Below are positions 26,473 to 35,554 of a stretch of 64,000 nucleotides of DNA, one piece after another. Source of the DNA: an uncultured virus (IMG/VR IMGVR_UViG_3300032286_001748). Taxonomy: Duplodnaviria > Heunggongvirae > Uroviricota > Caudoviricetes. Where the stretch lies: the IMG/VR virus record IMGVR_UViG_3300032286_001748; one strand, written 5' to 3'. Below the pieces are notes generated by a model. The model saw only the letters and a program-made list of their open reading frames with translations, had not been told where the DNA came from and did no database searches. How positions within the stretch are numbered: position 1 is the first letter of the stretch; the number at the start of each line of letters is the position of its first letter. A program made the translations under genes and the position numbers.

Positions 26473-26545
26473 CGGTCAGGCCGAGAGCCAGCCGAGGCGC
26501 CAGAGGTCCATTGACTCCTGACAGGATCGGGTTAGACCGGAGGAC

Positions 26546-28963
26546 ATGAACCGCCCCCTCCGCTACGGCTCTGTCTGCTCTGGGATCGAAGCGGCCTCGG
26601 TCGCGTGGGAGCCGCTCGGGTGGACGCCCGCGTGGTTCTGCGAGATCGACCCCTTCGCCTCGGCCCTGCTCGCCCACCGCTTCCCCGGAGTGCCCAACCA
26701 TGGCGACTTCACCCAGCTCCTCGACCCAGCTCACCCTGTTCACGCGGACCCCATCGACATCCTCGTTGGAGGAACCCCCTGCCAGGACTTCTCCGTCGCC
26801 GGCCTCCGCGCCGGAGTCGAAGGCGACCGGGGCTCCCTCACGCTGGACTTCTGCCGACTGGTCGGCGCACTTCGCCCGAAGTGGGTGGTCTGGGAAAACG
26901 TCCCCGGTGTCCTGTCGTCGGACGGAGGACGGGCGCTGGGAGCCTTCCTCGGGGCGCTGGCAGAACTCGGGTATGGGTTCGCCTACCGGGTGCTTGACGC
27001 TCAGTACTTCGGACTGGCCCAGCGACGGAAGCGCGTGTTCGTTGTCGGATGTGCTGGAGGCGAGTCGAGCCGTGCCGGAGCGGTACTCCTTGAGCCCCAA
27101 AGCGTGCGCGGGGATCCTCCGGCGCGCCGAAAAGCGCGGAAAGAAGCTCCCGCCGATGCTGGAGGCCGCGCTGCGGAGCCGGGTGGAGCGGTAGCGTTCA
27201 ACGGTTACCAGCGGACGGTCGGGGAGATCGCCACGCCGCTCATGGCCGAGGATTACAAGAAGGTGGAGATCGGCGTGCTGGTGCCGAGGGTGGCGTTCGG
27301 CTGCGACCTCTCCCAGAAGGCGGAAGGGATCGCCTTTAGCGAGGAGTTCCAGCCGTGCATCGCCGGCCACGACAAGCACCCCGGCCATGGGAGCCATGTC
27401 CTGTCGGTTGACCTCCAGAACGTGGCGCTGGGCGGGGATGTGGCGGGAACGCTCGACACCACCCGCCCCTCCCGTGGAGGTGGGCAGGCCGTCATCGCGC
27501 TCCAAGACACGCGCGGCATGGACAAGAAGCAGAACGGCAAGGGCTGGAGCGAGGACGACTTGGCCTACACCGTGGACGCGATGGCGACACAGGGGGTCGC
27601 GCTCGTCGGGCAGCTCGTCGGTGACCGCCACGATCTGGGCGTGTCTGTGCAAGAGGAGATCCATCCGCCGCTGTGCGCCAACCCGATGAGTGACCGGGCC
27701 CCGTTCGTGGGCGTGATGGCGTTCGACTACAAGCAGAGCGGCGGCGATGCCGTGTTCAATATGGCCCCCACGCTGCGCGCCACGCCGCACGCCAACACCT
27801 GGGCGAACGGGGGTGGGCATGTGGGGATCGTAAACATTGAGCACGGGCTCCACAGCAGCGGGAACCTCGACATCCGCGCGGTGAGCGAGCCGCTCACCGC
27901 ATCGGAATACAAGGGACACTCGGTCGTCCTCCAGGAGGAGCCCATGACGTTTGACTGGCAGGCCGGCGGCGGCCAGTCGGGGGAGTTCCGGGGCGGGACG
28001 CGGGTCTACATCACCGACCCGCCAGGCCGCACGCGAGCCCTCAATGCGTGCAAGACGCTCGCGGTGCTCCAGCCCGAGGCCGAGGCCTTCGCCTTCCAGC
28101 CCCGCATCGGCCGGAACGGTCGCGGCCAGCCGGAGCCCATCAGCCCGACGCTGAACGGGGCCGATGCGGGGGCCACCAGCGACATGCGGCCGTGCGTCGT
28201 GCAGCCTGAAGAGCTGTGGCAGCAGATCTGCGGCTGTGGGCACACCTTCGTGGGCCCGATCCACCAGCCGTGCCCCGCGTGCGGAGAGGTGCGGGATGGG
28301 TGGACGCATGGAGATCCGATCTCGCCCGACACCATCGGGTTCTACCCGACCGGCGGCACCCACGGCGTGTCGGCCATCGAAGACCGGAGCCCGACGCTGA
28401 AGCTGGGGAGCGGACAGGGAGGAAACGCGCCCGGCGTCTGCTTCAAGGCCTCCCACTTCACCCGTGGCAAGGACGGCGCCCCCAGCGAGGTCAGCCCGCC
28501 TCTGTCGGCCGACGCCGACCGAGGCGACCAAGACACGCTGGTGTTCACGGGCGACGGGGTCGTGGCAGATCCGATCTCCGCGAACGAGGGGAAGACCTAC
28601 ACGCACGAGGGGACGACCTTCCGGCTGCACAACTGCGTCGGCCAGACGCCGGTCAGCATGCGCGAGAGCGGGCCGGGCTACTGGCTCGAGGACGAGGTCA
28701 GCGGGACGCTGGACGCGAGTATGGGGATGAGCGGTCACGCCAACCGGGTCGCCACCCTCGCCCAGCCCCCCTCCATGTCCGTCCGCCGTTTGACCCCCCG
28801 TGAGTGCGAGCGGCTCCAGGGCTTCCCCGACGACTGGACCCTCATCCCCTACCGAAAGGGGGAGTCGAGCGACTCCAACCGCTACCGGGCCCTCGGCAAC
28901 TCCATGGCCGTGCCGGTCATGCGCTGGATCGGGGCGCGCATCGCGCGGGTTGACGGGGAGTAG
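26546..28963 (+). CDS. dcm: DNA cytosine-C5 methyltransferase with a very long variable region
   Basis: SVCSGIEA, GGTPCQDFS, WENVPG, QRRKRVF; C-terminal RRLTPRECERLQGFPD and GNSMAVPV. Confidence 0.92.
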   Translation: MNRPLRYGSVCSGIEAASVAWEPLGWTPAWFCEIDPFASALLAHRFPGVPNHGDFTQLLDPAHPVHADPIDILVGGTPCQDFSVAGLRAGVEGDRGSLTLDFCRLVGALRPKWVVWENVPGVLSSDGGRALGAFLGALAELGYGFAYRVLDAQYFGLAQRRKRVFVVGCAGGESSRAGAVLLEPQSVRGDPPARRKARKEAPADAGGRAAEPGGAVAFNGYQRTVGEIATPLMAEDYKKVEIGVLVPRVAFGCDLSQKAEGIAFSEEFQPCIAGHDKHPGHGSHVLSVDLQNVALGGDVAGTLDTTRPSRGGGQAVIALQDTRGMDKKQNGKGWSEDDLAYTVDAMATQGVALVGQLVGDRHDLGVSVQEEIHPPLCANPMSDRAPFVGVMAFDYKQSGGDAVFNMAPTLRATPHANTWANGGGHVGIVNIEHGLHSSGNLDIRAVSEPLTASEYKGHSVVLQEEPMTFDWQAGGGQSGEFRGGTRVYITDPPGRTRALNACKTLAVLQPEAEAFAFQPRIGRNGRGQPEPISPTLNGADAGATSDMRPCVVQPEELWQQICGCGHTFVGPIHQPCPACGEVRDGWTHGDPISPDTIGFYPTGGTHGVSAIEDRSPTLKLGSGQGGNAPGVCFKASHFTRGKDGAPSEVSPPLSADADRGDQDTLVFTGDGVVADPISANEGKTYTHEGTTFRLHNCVGQTPVSMRESGPGYWLEDEVSGTLDASMGMSGHANRVATLAQPPSMSVRRLTPRECERLQGFPDDWTLIPYRKGESSDSNRYRALGNSMAVPVMRWIGARIARVDGE
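26700..27194 (+). CDS. Nested alternative-frame polypeptide resembling the M.EcoHK31I beta subunit
   Basis: WQNSGM..TG.LTLSTSDWPSDGSACSLSDVLE...RYSLSPKACAGILRRAEKRGKKLP in the +1 frame inside dcm; GGAG at 26686-26689. Confidence 0.55.
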   Translation: MATSPSSSTQLTLFTRTPSTSSLEEPPARTSPSPASAPESKATGAPSRWTSADWSAHFARSGWSGKTSPVSCRRTEDGRWEPSSGRWQNSGMGSPTGCLTLSTSDWPSDGSACSLSDVLEASRAVPERYSLSPKACAGILRRAEKRGKKLPPMLEAALRSRVER

Positions 28964-29009
28964 GGGGGGGGGGTAGACTACCCTTCCTCTCTCTGGAGTC
29001 TCCCATGGC
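28952..29009 (+). repeat. Direct repeat copy 1 (dcm 3' end, G-run, GGGTAGACTACCC palindrome, pyrimidine tract, RBS, ATG)
   Basis: Matches 29478..29533 with few differences. Confidence 0.85.
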
Positions 29010-29466
29010 CGGCAAGATCCTCGACAACGGCGCCCTCGTGACCCTCGGAATCGTCGGCGCCGTCGCCGCCGTGGGGGCCGCGAACAAGGCGGGGCTCTAC
29101 GGGAGCCAAAGCAAAATTCAACAAACCTATACAGACAAGGCTGGAGATCGCATCTTCTCCGGGAAGAGCGCAAAACAGAACCATGAGGCGGCTGAAGCCT
29201 TCGCGAGCGGACTTCGTGCGCGTGTGTTCACGTCTCCCGTTTTCAAGCGCTTCATTGAGTCTTCGGGTTCGCGATGGGACGGCGTGGGGCATCACCGGCA
29301 TGCCTTTGAGGTCACCATGATCGGAGACGATGCCATCGTGGATCAAGGTGTTCTCATCGACTTCGGAGAGACGGACGGGAACGTCTACGTCAACGGACGC
29401 ATGCGGAAATACCAAGATCTACTGGAATCCGTCGCGAACATCCACGGATACAGCATCTTTGATTGA
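29005..29466 (+). CDS. Hypothetical protein: tag A leader fused to lower-GC cargo
   Basis: MAGKILDNGALVTLGIVGAVAAVGAANKAGLYGS; the sequence becomes AT-richer right after the leader (caaagcaaaattcaacaaacctataca). Confidence 0.8.
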   Translation: MAGKILDNGALVTLGIVGAVAAVGAANKAGLYGSQSKIQQTYTDKAGDRIFSGKSAKQNHEAAEAFASGLRARVFTSPVFKRFIESSGSRWDGVGHHRHAFEVTMIGDDAIVDQGVLIDFGETDGNVYVNGRMRKYQDLLESVANIHGYSIFD

Positions 29467-29477
29467 TTGGCCTGCTC

Positions 29478-29533
29478 GACGGGAGTAGGGGGGGATAGAC
29501 TACCCTCCCTCTCTCTCTGGAGTCTCTCATGGC
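29478..29533 (+). repeat. Direct repeat copy 2
   Basis: gacgggagtaggggggg-atagactaccct..ctctctggagtctctcatggc. Confidence 0.85.
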
Positions 29534-30050
29534 AACCCTCTCTACGTTCCTCGCCAAGTACCGCACGGGAAGCCGCGCCGTGGGGGCCGCGAACAAGGCG
29601 GGCCTGTACGGGAGCCGAAGCCATGCGGGCCTGCGGACATGTCCCGGATGTGGACAGCCGATCACCTTTGACCAGGGATACACCGAGTGTGGTGGCGAGG
29701 GCGAGGGCATCTGCGCGAATGCCGTGTTTGCGTATGACCAGAAGACGCGCGGTCGTCCGTACGCGGTCGCGGAGTGGAAGGGCATGTGGGACAACGAGCG
29801 CACCATGCCGACGAAGAAGATGTGCGAAGCCATCCTGGCCGCCCACGACTCCGTCGCGTCCGAGCGCTACATCGTCGTCTCGATCCACAACGGGACCGAC
29901 TGGGGCGTGTTCAAGGCCAGCCCGGAGGACATGGATCGAGGAGACGACATGTCGCACGCGGAGGCGATCCAGACCGCGAAAGACGCAGCCGCGGGTCAGA
30001 AGGGGGCGCGCTGGTACGACTTCGGGGATGACGAGTACAACGAGGAGTAG
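29529..30050 (+). CDS. Hypothetical Cys-containing protein with a hybrid tag B/tag A leader
   Basis: MATLSTFLAKYRTGSRAVGAANKAGLYGSRS then CPGC. Confidence 0.8.
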   Translation: MATLSTFLAKYRTGSRAVGAANKAGLYGSRSHAGLRTCPGCGQPITFDQGYTECGGEGEGICANAVFAYDQKTRGRPYAVAEWKGMWDNERTMPTKKMCEAILAAHDSVASERYIVVSIHNGTDWGVFKASPEDMDRGDDMSHAEAIQTAKDAAAGQKGARWYDFGDDEYNEE

Positions 30051-30056
30051 TCGCGC

Positions 30057-32438
30057 TCAGCCCTCCGAAGCTGTCCGATCCTGCTCCTGCAACCGCCGCA
30101 GGATCACGAGCGTCGGAACGGGCACGCCCGCGGACGTGAACGCGCGGCGCGTCTCGTCATCGAGCGAAGGAAGCGTATCCCCCAGCGTGAACCGCTCCCA
30201 CCAGCGGACCTCCCCGTACCGGTCGTACATGTCCTCGGGATACCGCAGCCGCAGGTAGATCCCAAGCACCGTCCCCCACGGGCCCTCATCGCTGTATTGG
30301 AGCGCGGTCGCCCACTCGTCCGTCGCGTCGGACTCTTCCGCGAACGGCATGGCGTCAGGCGGGAACTCAGGCGGGCCGCGATACCCCGAGGCCCACAACG
30401 CCTCCCGGTTGAGCCCGTCGTCGGTGAACAGGTTCGCCGTCTGCTGGGCCCGCGCGATCCGCTGCCCCAGCGCCTGACCGTGGGGAAGCCGGTCGGCCCC
30501 GCGGTCGAGCTTGGAGCGCCCCTCCTGCCGCTGGGCCTGGGCCCCGATGTGCCCCATGCCGAGCAGCTCCTGCCAGTCGTCCTCGGCCCACTGCCCGAGC
30601 ACAAGCCCATGCTGGAGCGGCGGGGGGACCGCGAAGCACATGTCGAACGCGTCCATCGGCCAGAGCCCGTCCGGAACGCCGCGCCCCTCGCCCTTCACCA
30701 GCGGGCCCGCGGGGGCCCGCGCGATCTGCGCGCGGGTCTGAAACCGGATGGCGCGCGGGGACGCAGGCACCTGCGTCTCCCACCACGGGGCCCGCACGGG
30801 GAGCCGCGCCGCCGCACGGACGTGGGCCATCACCCCGCGCCCGAGGTTGACCGGCACGCCCATTCCGATCTGGCTGAACGCGTCCGCGCGCGTCCCCTCG
30901 AACCCGTACCACTGGGGGATGTCCTGGAGCTTGGCTGCGTCCCGCACGCTCATGCGCTGGAGCTGCTCGAGGTTCTTCTGCTGCCAGTCGCGCGTCTTCC
31001 CGTACTCCTCGGGCTCGACGCCGGGCGGGATGAGGAGGCCCTCGGCCTTGTTCTCAAAGCCGGGGACCACCGTACGCGAGAGGTACTCGCTCACCCGCTG
31101 CCCGGCGCGAAGCGCGAGGCTCCGCGCGTCGGCGTCGATCTTCGTCCACGCGCCCGCCATGTCGGCCGGGACGAACTTGTCGAAGCGCGGCTGCTTGTCC
31201 CCGACCGTGTCTCGGATCCACAGGTGCCACGGCTTCGGTCCCCGGAGGGTCTCGATCACCACCCCCTTGACCCCACGCCGGCCGTGCTCACCCTGCGTGT
31301 TCGGCGCCGGAGCGAAGTTGCGCCCGTTGCCGCACCCGCGGCACGCCACGTCGAGCCCCCCGAGGTTCACGCAGTCCACCAGCCCCCAGCCCGCACAGCA
31401 CCCGCTGGTGAGGCGATCCAGCATCGGCATCCACGGGAGCTTGTCCCCACGCGCCACGGAGGCGCTCCCCGGTCGCGCGAAGTTCCCCTCGGGCCGCACC
31501 CGAAGCGCCTCCCCCCACGAGGCCCCCACCGGCCACGCGAACACGAAGGTGCGGCGCCGCATCGTCGGGTTCCCGAAGTCGGCCGCGTCCAGCACATGGG
31601 CGGCCGAGTCGTACCCGATGGCGCGGGCCTGCTTCTGCCACGCCGTGAGCCAGCGCCGGTAGTCGTCTCGCTCCACCAGCGTCGGCGCGTTCTCCCACAC
31701 GACGACGCGGGGTTGCAGATCGCACATCCAGTCGAGCGCGACCGGGAAGAAGTTGTCGGACGCGTTCCAGCCGCGCTCCCGATCGCTCCGGCCCAGCTCG
31801 GCGCCCTTGCTGAACGGGGAGCAGGGCGGGCCACCGAAGAGGAGGTCGAGGCCGTTCGGGGTCGTCGTCGGGGGGCGCCACGTTCGCGCGTCTTTCGTCT
31901 CGGGGGTGAACGCGAGGCGCAGGAGCTTCCGGTTCCTCGCCCGGGTGGCGACCGCAGGCTTGCTCCACTCGCAGTCGTCCACCTCGATGTTCCCCTCCAG
32001 CGCGGACGCGAGGCTGAACAGGCCCCCGCCCGAGAAGGCCTCCATCGCGAGCATCGGCGTTGAGAGGAAACCGCCCTCCCGTGCGGCGTACCCGAAGGCA
32101 GAAGGGTCGCGCGGGACGAAGCGCGTCGGGACCTCGGGAAGGAGGGCCCGGCGACCGGGCGTGGCGCGCATCACCGTGCGGGCCTGAGCAAGCAGCTCGC
32201 CCCGACGCAGGGCCGCATCCCGGTGGGTACGGAGGTAGGCGCGCACCGCGTCCGAGGGGCGCCCTGCGGGGTCGAGCGCCGCTGTGTACGCCAAGGCCTC
32301 CAGTCCACGCTGCTGGGCGGGAACGGCGTGGGCGCGCAGGAAGTCCGCCAGCATGCGCGTCGGCGCGGGCTGGGGGCGGGCCTGGGCGCGCGGGGCCTGC
32401 GTGGCGGCGTAGGTGGTGAGGAAGTCCTTGAGGTTCAC
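30057..32438 (-). CDS. DNA cytosine-C5 methyltransferase with tag B leader
   Basis: EAFSGGG, GGPPCSPFS, WENA, DAADFG.PT.RRR, RMSVRDAAKLQ, QIGMGVP; GTG start 32438 (MNLKDFLTTY). Confidence 0.85.
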   Translation of the reverse strand: MNLKDFLTTYAATQAPRAQARPQPAPTRMLADFLRAHAVPAQQRGLEALAYTAALDPAGRPSDAVRAYLRTHRDAALRRGELLAQARTVMRATPGRRALLPEVPTRFVPRDPSAFGYAAREGGFLSTPMLAMEAFSGGGLFSLASALEGNIEVDDCEWSKPAVATRARNRKLLRLAFTPETKDARTWRPPTTTPNGLDLLFGGPPCSPFSKGAELGRSDRERGWNASDNFFPVALDWMCDLQPRVVVWENAPTLVERDDYRRWLTAWQKQARAIGYDSAAHVLDAADFGNPTMRRRTFVFAWPVGASWGEALRVRPEGNFARPGSASVARGDKLPWMPMLDRLTSGCCAGWGLVDCVNLGGLDVACRGCGNGRNFAPAPNTQGEHGRRGVKGVVIETLRGPKPWHLWIRDTVGDKQPRFDKFVPADMAGAWTKIDADARSLALRAGQRVSEYLSRTVVPGFENKAEGLLIPPGVEPEEYGKTRDWQQKNLEQLQRMSVRDAAKLQDIPQWYGFEGTRADAFSQIGMGVPVNLGRGVMAHVRAAARLPVRAPWWETQVPASPRAIRFQTRAQIARAPAGPLVKGEGRGVPDGLWPMDAFDMCFAVPPPLQHGLVLGQWAEDDWQELLGMGHIGAQAQRQEGRSKLDRGADRLPHGQALGQRIARAQQTANLFTDDGLNREALWASGYRGPPEFPPDAMPFAEESDATDEWATALQYSDEGPWGTVLGIYLRLRYPEDMYDRYGEVRWWERFTLGDTLPSLDDETRRAFTSAGVPVPTLVILRRLQEQDRTASEG

Positions 32439-33772
32439 CGCTTTGCTCCCTTGCCGTACCGCGCCAAGAGGATCGCCCGGCGCTCCGCGACCGTATCCGC
32501 CCCGGCGAAGCCGCGCAGGGGGAACCCCAGCACCCGCGCGAGGTCGCGCAGGGCCTCGGGCGTGTCGAGGCCGCGGAAGTGGCGTGCCTCCAGAGGGCGC
32601 CCGTCCCGCACGACCGCGATGTAGGGCCGGAAGAGCTGGAGGAGGTGGGGCTGGTGGGGCCGCGCCCGCTCCCCGTACTCCCATCGGATCTTCGGCGTCT
32701 CCTTCCGGCCGCCCGAACCACCCCGGCGCGTCCCGCTCGCGGCCTTCGGGATCGTCAGGCCCACCGCGTGGAGCCCCTCTCCGATGAGCGCGCTGTAGGT
32801 CGTCCCCACCTCGGTCAAGAGCGAGAAGGTGATGACCTTCGCCGGCTCCGTGGCGCCCGGCCGGACGAGGCGGTCGGCGTTCCGCATGAACCACCGCATG
32901 ATGGCGCTCGACGCGCCCTTCACACTGCCCCGGCCCTGCGCGTCGTCCGTTGCGATCCGGGAGACCTCGACGATGTGGCGCTGCTGCGTGTCCTCGCCCG
33001 TGCTGGCGGCCCCGCTGGGCGAGGTCGCGATCCCCACCCCCCGGAGCTGCCCGCCCGCCATGAACCCCACGCCCACGAAGAAGCCGCGGTAGTTCGGGTC
33101 AGGCAGCTCCTTGTGCCAGGCCCGCACACGCTCCAGCGCGGTGTCCTTGTCGATCACCCGGATGCGGGTGTCGAAGGGGTCGGGCCCGACCGCGAGGCGC
33201 GCCTGCTGGCGCGCCAGCGGCGAGAGGCCCGCCTTCTCGCGGAGGGTCTGCTGGAGCAGGACGGCGCGCGGAACCGTCTGCTCAAAGACCTCCTCCTGGA
33301 GGCCGTGCCAATCGTACGCCGACTCGGCAGCGCGCGTGAAGATCGCCTCCGCGATGTCGGATCGGTCGGCCTCGGAGAGCGGGGTCGCCGGGTCGAGGCC
33401 GGGGACGTTGCGGGCCGAGTGGATGCCGAGCAGCTCCCACGGGCGCCAGGGGTAGAGGTCGTCGAGGTCGTCCCCGTCGAACTCCCGCAGCACCCGCTGG
33501 CGCAGCGCCTGGTGCCGGGGCTCGTCCAGCTCCTCCGGGGTCACCCCGCCCGTGAACTGGGTGATCTGCTCGCGGGTCGAGAGGGACTGGAACACCTCGG
33601 GCTCCTCGACGAGCGCGAGCGCGCGCTCCGAGAGGGCCTCGAGCCGAGTGGCGGCCCGCGGGGGGAAGGCCTGGGCGAAGTACACCACCCACGGGACGTG
33701 GCCTGCGCGGGCGGGGGCTCGCTTCGGGGTCGGCGCCCTGGCATGGAGGGCGAGGAACTGGGAGAGGGTCAT
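32435..33772 (-). CDS. Protein with C-terminal Mom/XF1762-like GNAT domain and tag B leader
   Basis: VRAWHKEL...LRGVGIA..P...VEVSRIATD...GASSAI...KVITFSL.TEVGT. Confidence 0.6.
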   Translation of the reverse strand: MTLSQFLALHARAPTPKRAPARAGHVPWVVYFAQAFPPRAATRLEALSERALALVEEPEVFQSLSTREQITQFTGGVTPEELDEPRHQALRQRVLREFDGDDLDDLYPWRPWELLGIHSARNVPGLDPATPLSEADRSDIAEAIFTRAAESAYDWHGLQEEVFEQTVPRAVLLQQTLREKAGLSPLARQQARLAVGPDPFDTRIRVIDKDTALERVRAWHKELPDPNYRGFFVGVGFMAGGQLRGVGIATSPSGAASTGEDTQQRHIVEVSRIATDDAQGRGSVKGASSAIMRWFMRNADRLVRPGATEPAKVITFSLLTEVGTTYSALIGEGLHAVGLTIPKAASGTRRGGSGGRKETPKIRWEYGERARPHQPHLLQLFRPYIAVVRDGRPLEARHFRGLDTPEALRDLARVLGFPLRGFAGADTVAERRAILLARYGKGAKR

Positions 33773-35274
33773 CCGGGGAACGCCACCGCGCAGGCGCGGT
33801 ACTCCTTGCGGGCCACCTCTTCCCACTCCGGATCCCGCCCGTTCTTCGTGCGGTAGTCGGCCAGCCAGCGGTCCACGACGTCTGCGACAGGGATCCAGAT
33901 GTGCGCGAAGACGCGCTCGCCATCCGGCCCGTCTTCGTCGGGCCGCGAGACACGCACCCACCGCTTCTTCTCGCGTCCCTCGTCGTCGTAGTCGACCTCC
34001 TGTCGCGCGAAGGTGAGGATCGCGCCCTGCTTGCGGTACGCGTCGAGCAGCGGGTTCTCTCGGTCCTTCCGTAGGTCGAACGCGACGAACTTCTTCGGGA
34101 AGATCGCCTGCCACGGACCTGTACGGCGCACGACCCGTTTCTCGTGCTCCACCCGCTCCTGGAAGTAGTCGGGGTCAAGGTGGCGCAGCATCCACCACTG
34201 GGCCGCGTCCTGATGGATGCAGGAGCGGCACCCGCTCTTCTTCACGTCCGCGAACCCGCCGTTGCGGAGCTTCCCATCGGGTCCGATGCCCGGGAGGCCC
34301 TCAAGGTACGGCGTCTCGCCCTCCTTGGTGATGCCCATGTCCATCAAGGGGTAGGCCTCGCTGTCGAAGCCCTTCGTCCACCCCTCGCGCTTCTTCTCGG
34401 CCTTCCGCGCCTCCACGAGCCGCTTCTGCTCGTCAGCGGCGTACCCGATGAGCATGAGGTGAGGGCGGACGAGGCCGTCCCGCACCTTGTTGCCCCACGA
34501 CTGACCGGAACGGGTGTAGGGGAGGCGCGCGGTGAGATCCCCGTAGACCTGTGGACCGAACCGCTCCTCCATCAAGTCCACCAGCAGCTCGCGGTTGGGC
34601 TTGATCTTGTGGTTGATCGTGCAGGTAGAGTCATCCTTCGCGATCCACGCTTCCTTCGCGGCGTAGTCGTCGAACAGCGGGATGCGGTCGTGGTAGTACC
34701 CAGACGCACACCGGGCCTCGATGGAAGCCGGAGGGTCCTTCCGCCACGACGGCGTGCCGAACGAGGGGACGCGCCCGCGCCCCTGCCGCTTCGCGCGCTC
34801 CCGCTCTGCGATCTGGTACTGCATCCAGCCGAACCACCCCTTCTTCCCCTCCTTCGGGGGCTTCTTCTGCACGAGGAAGCGGATGCCGTAGCGGTCGCAG
34901 AAGGCCTGCACGCGCGGGAGGAGATCGTAGGTAAACTGCCACTCGTGCCCGGGATCGGTGAACACGACCGCGTCGATCTCACCCGGTCCGCGCGGCTTTC
35001 CCTCGACCACGAGCTTGCCCTGCGCGAGCAGGACGAGCATCGTCATTGAGTCGCGCCCGAGGCCCATGCGGAGGACCACGAGCCGGTCACTGTTGAGCTT
35101 CCCCTTCCGATAGCCTCGGCCTTGGGTCTTCGGGATCTGTGGGGCCGCGTTCTGGGCGAGGAAGAGCCCAAGGCTCGACAGCTCTGCGCTCTGCGCGCGC
35201 GCCTGCGCCTCTGCCGTCTGCGCCTTCGGGGCCTGTGCGGGCGGGTACTGGGCGAGGAAGCCTTTGAGGATCAT
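33769..35274 (-). CDS. PAPS-reductase-like (PP-loop) protein with tag B leader
   Basis: GLGRDS, VFTDPGHE, CTINHKIKP, IGYAADE..R, YPL, KSGCRSC. Confidence 0.8.
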   Translation of the reverse strand: MILKGFLAQYPPAQAPKAQTAEAQARAQSAELSSLGLFLAQNAAPQIPKTQGRGYRKGKLNSDRLVVLRMGLGRDSMTMLVLLAQGKLVVEGKPRGPGEIDAVVFTDPGHEWQFTYDLLPRVQAFCDRYGIRFLVQKKPPKEGKKGWFGWMQYQIAERERAKRQGRGRVPSFGTPSWRKDPPASIEARCASGYYHDRIPLFDDYAAKEAWIAKDDSTCTINHKIKPNRELLVDLMEERFGPQVYGDLTARLPYTRSGQSWGNKVRDGLVRPHLMLIGYAADEQKRLVEARKAEKKREGWTKGFDSEAYPLMDMGITKEGETPYLEGLPGIGPDGKLRNGGFADVKKSGCRSCIHQDAAQWWMLRHLDPDYFQERVEHEKRVVRRTGPWQAIFPKKFVAFDLRKDRENPLLDAYRKQGAILTFARQEVDYDDEGREKKRWVRVSRPDEDGPDGERVFAHIWIPVADVVDRWLADYRTKNGRDPEWEEVARKEYRACAVAFPG

Positions 35275-35305
35275 GGTCCGCCCCTAACCGGTCGCGCCGG
35301 GACGT

Positions 35306-35500
35306 TCAGCCCTGCTTGCGCGAGACGGGAAACGGGAAGTAGAGCTGGCGGCTCTGCTTCTGAAGCTGGGCGAGGGTCAAGACCTTGGGGCCCTGCGCCT
35401 TCGCCTGCGCCTTCGCCTGCGCCTTCGCCTGCGCCTTCGCCTGCTGCTTCGTGGTCTGACGCTTCGCACCGTAGGTGGCGAGGAACTGGGCGAGGGTCAT
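35306..35500 (-). CDS. Tag-B-only peptide (leader and KAQ linker without a cargo domain)
   Basis: MTLAQFLATYGAKRQTTKQ(QAKA)4QGPKVLTLAQLQ. Confidence 0.6.
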   Translation of the reverse strand: MTLAQFLATYGAKRQTTKQQAKAQAKAQAKAQAKAQGPKVLTLAQLQKQSRQLYFPFPVSRKQG

Positions 35501-35503
35501 GGT

Positions 35504-35554
35504 CTACTCGTAGTCGCGCACGGCGACGAAGGAGAGGAAGTCGGAGAAACCCAT
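35504..35554 (-). pseudogene. 16-aa remnant ORF ending in the ligase C-terminus
   Basis: MGFSDFLSFVAVRDYE*; SFVAVRDYE* is identical to the ligase end at 37003. Confidence 0.65.

Noticed and set aside
26511..26538. Sigma70-like promoter TTGACT-16-TAGACC (and TTGACG at 25615)
   Set aside because: Weak -10 matches and awkward spacing to the RBS; not supportable from sequence alone.
26408..29173. Long antisense ORFs (also 17897..20431, 35122..37629, 38939..41458, 54281..56686 and others)
   Set aside because: Shadow frames of real genes in high-GC DNA; Arg/Gly/Pro-rich with no recognisable motifs.
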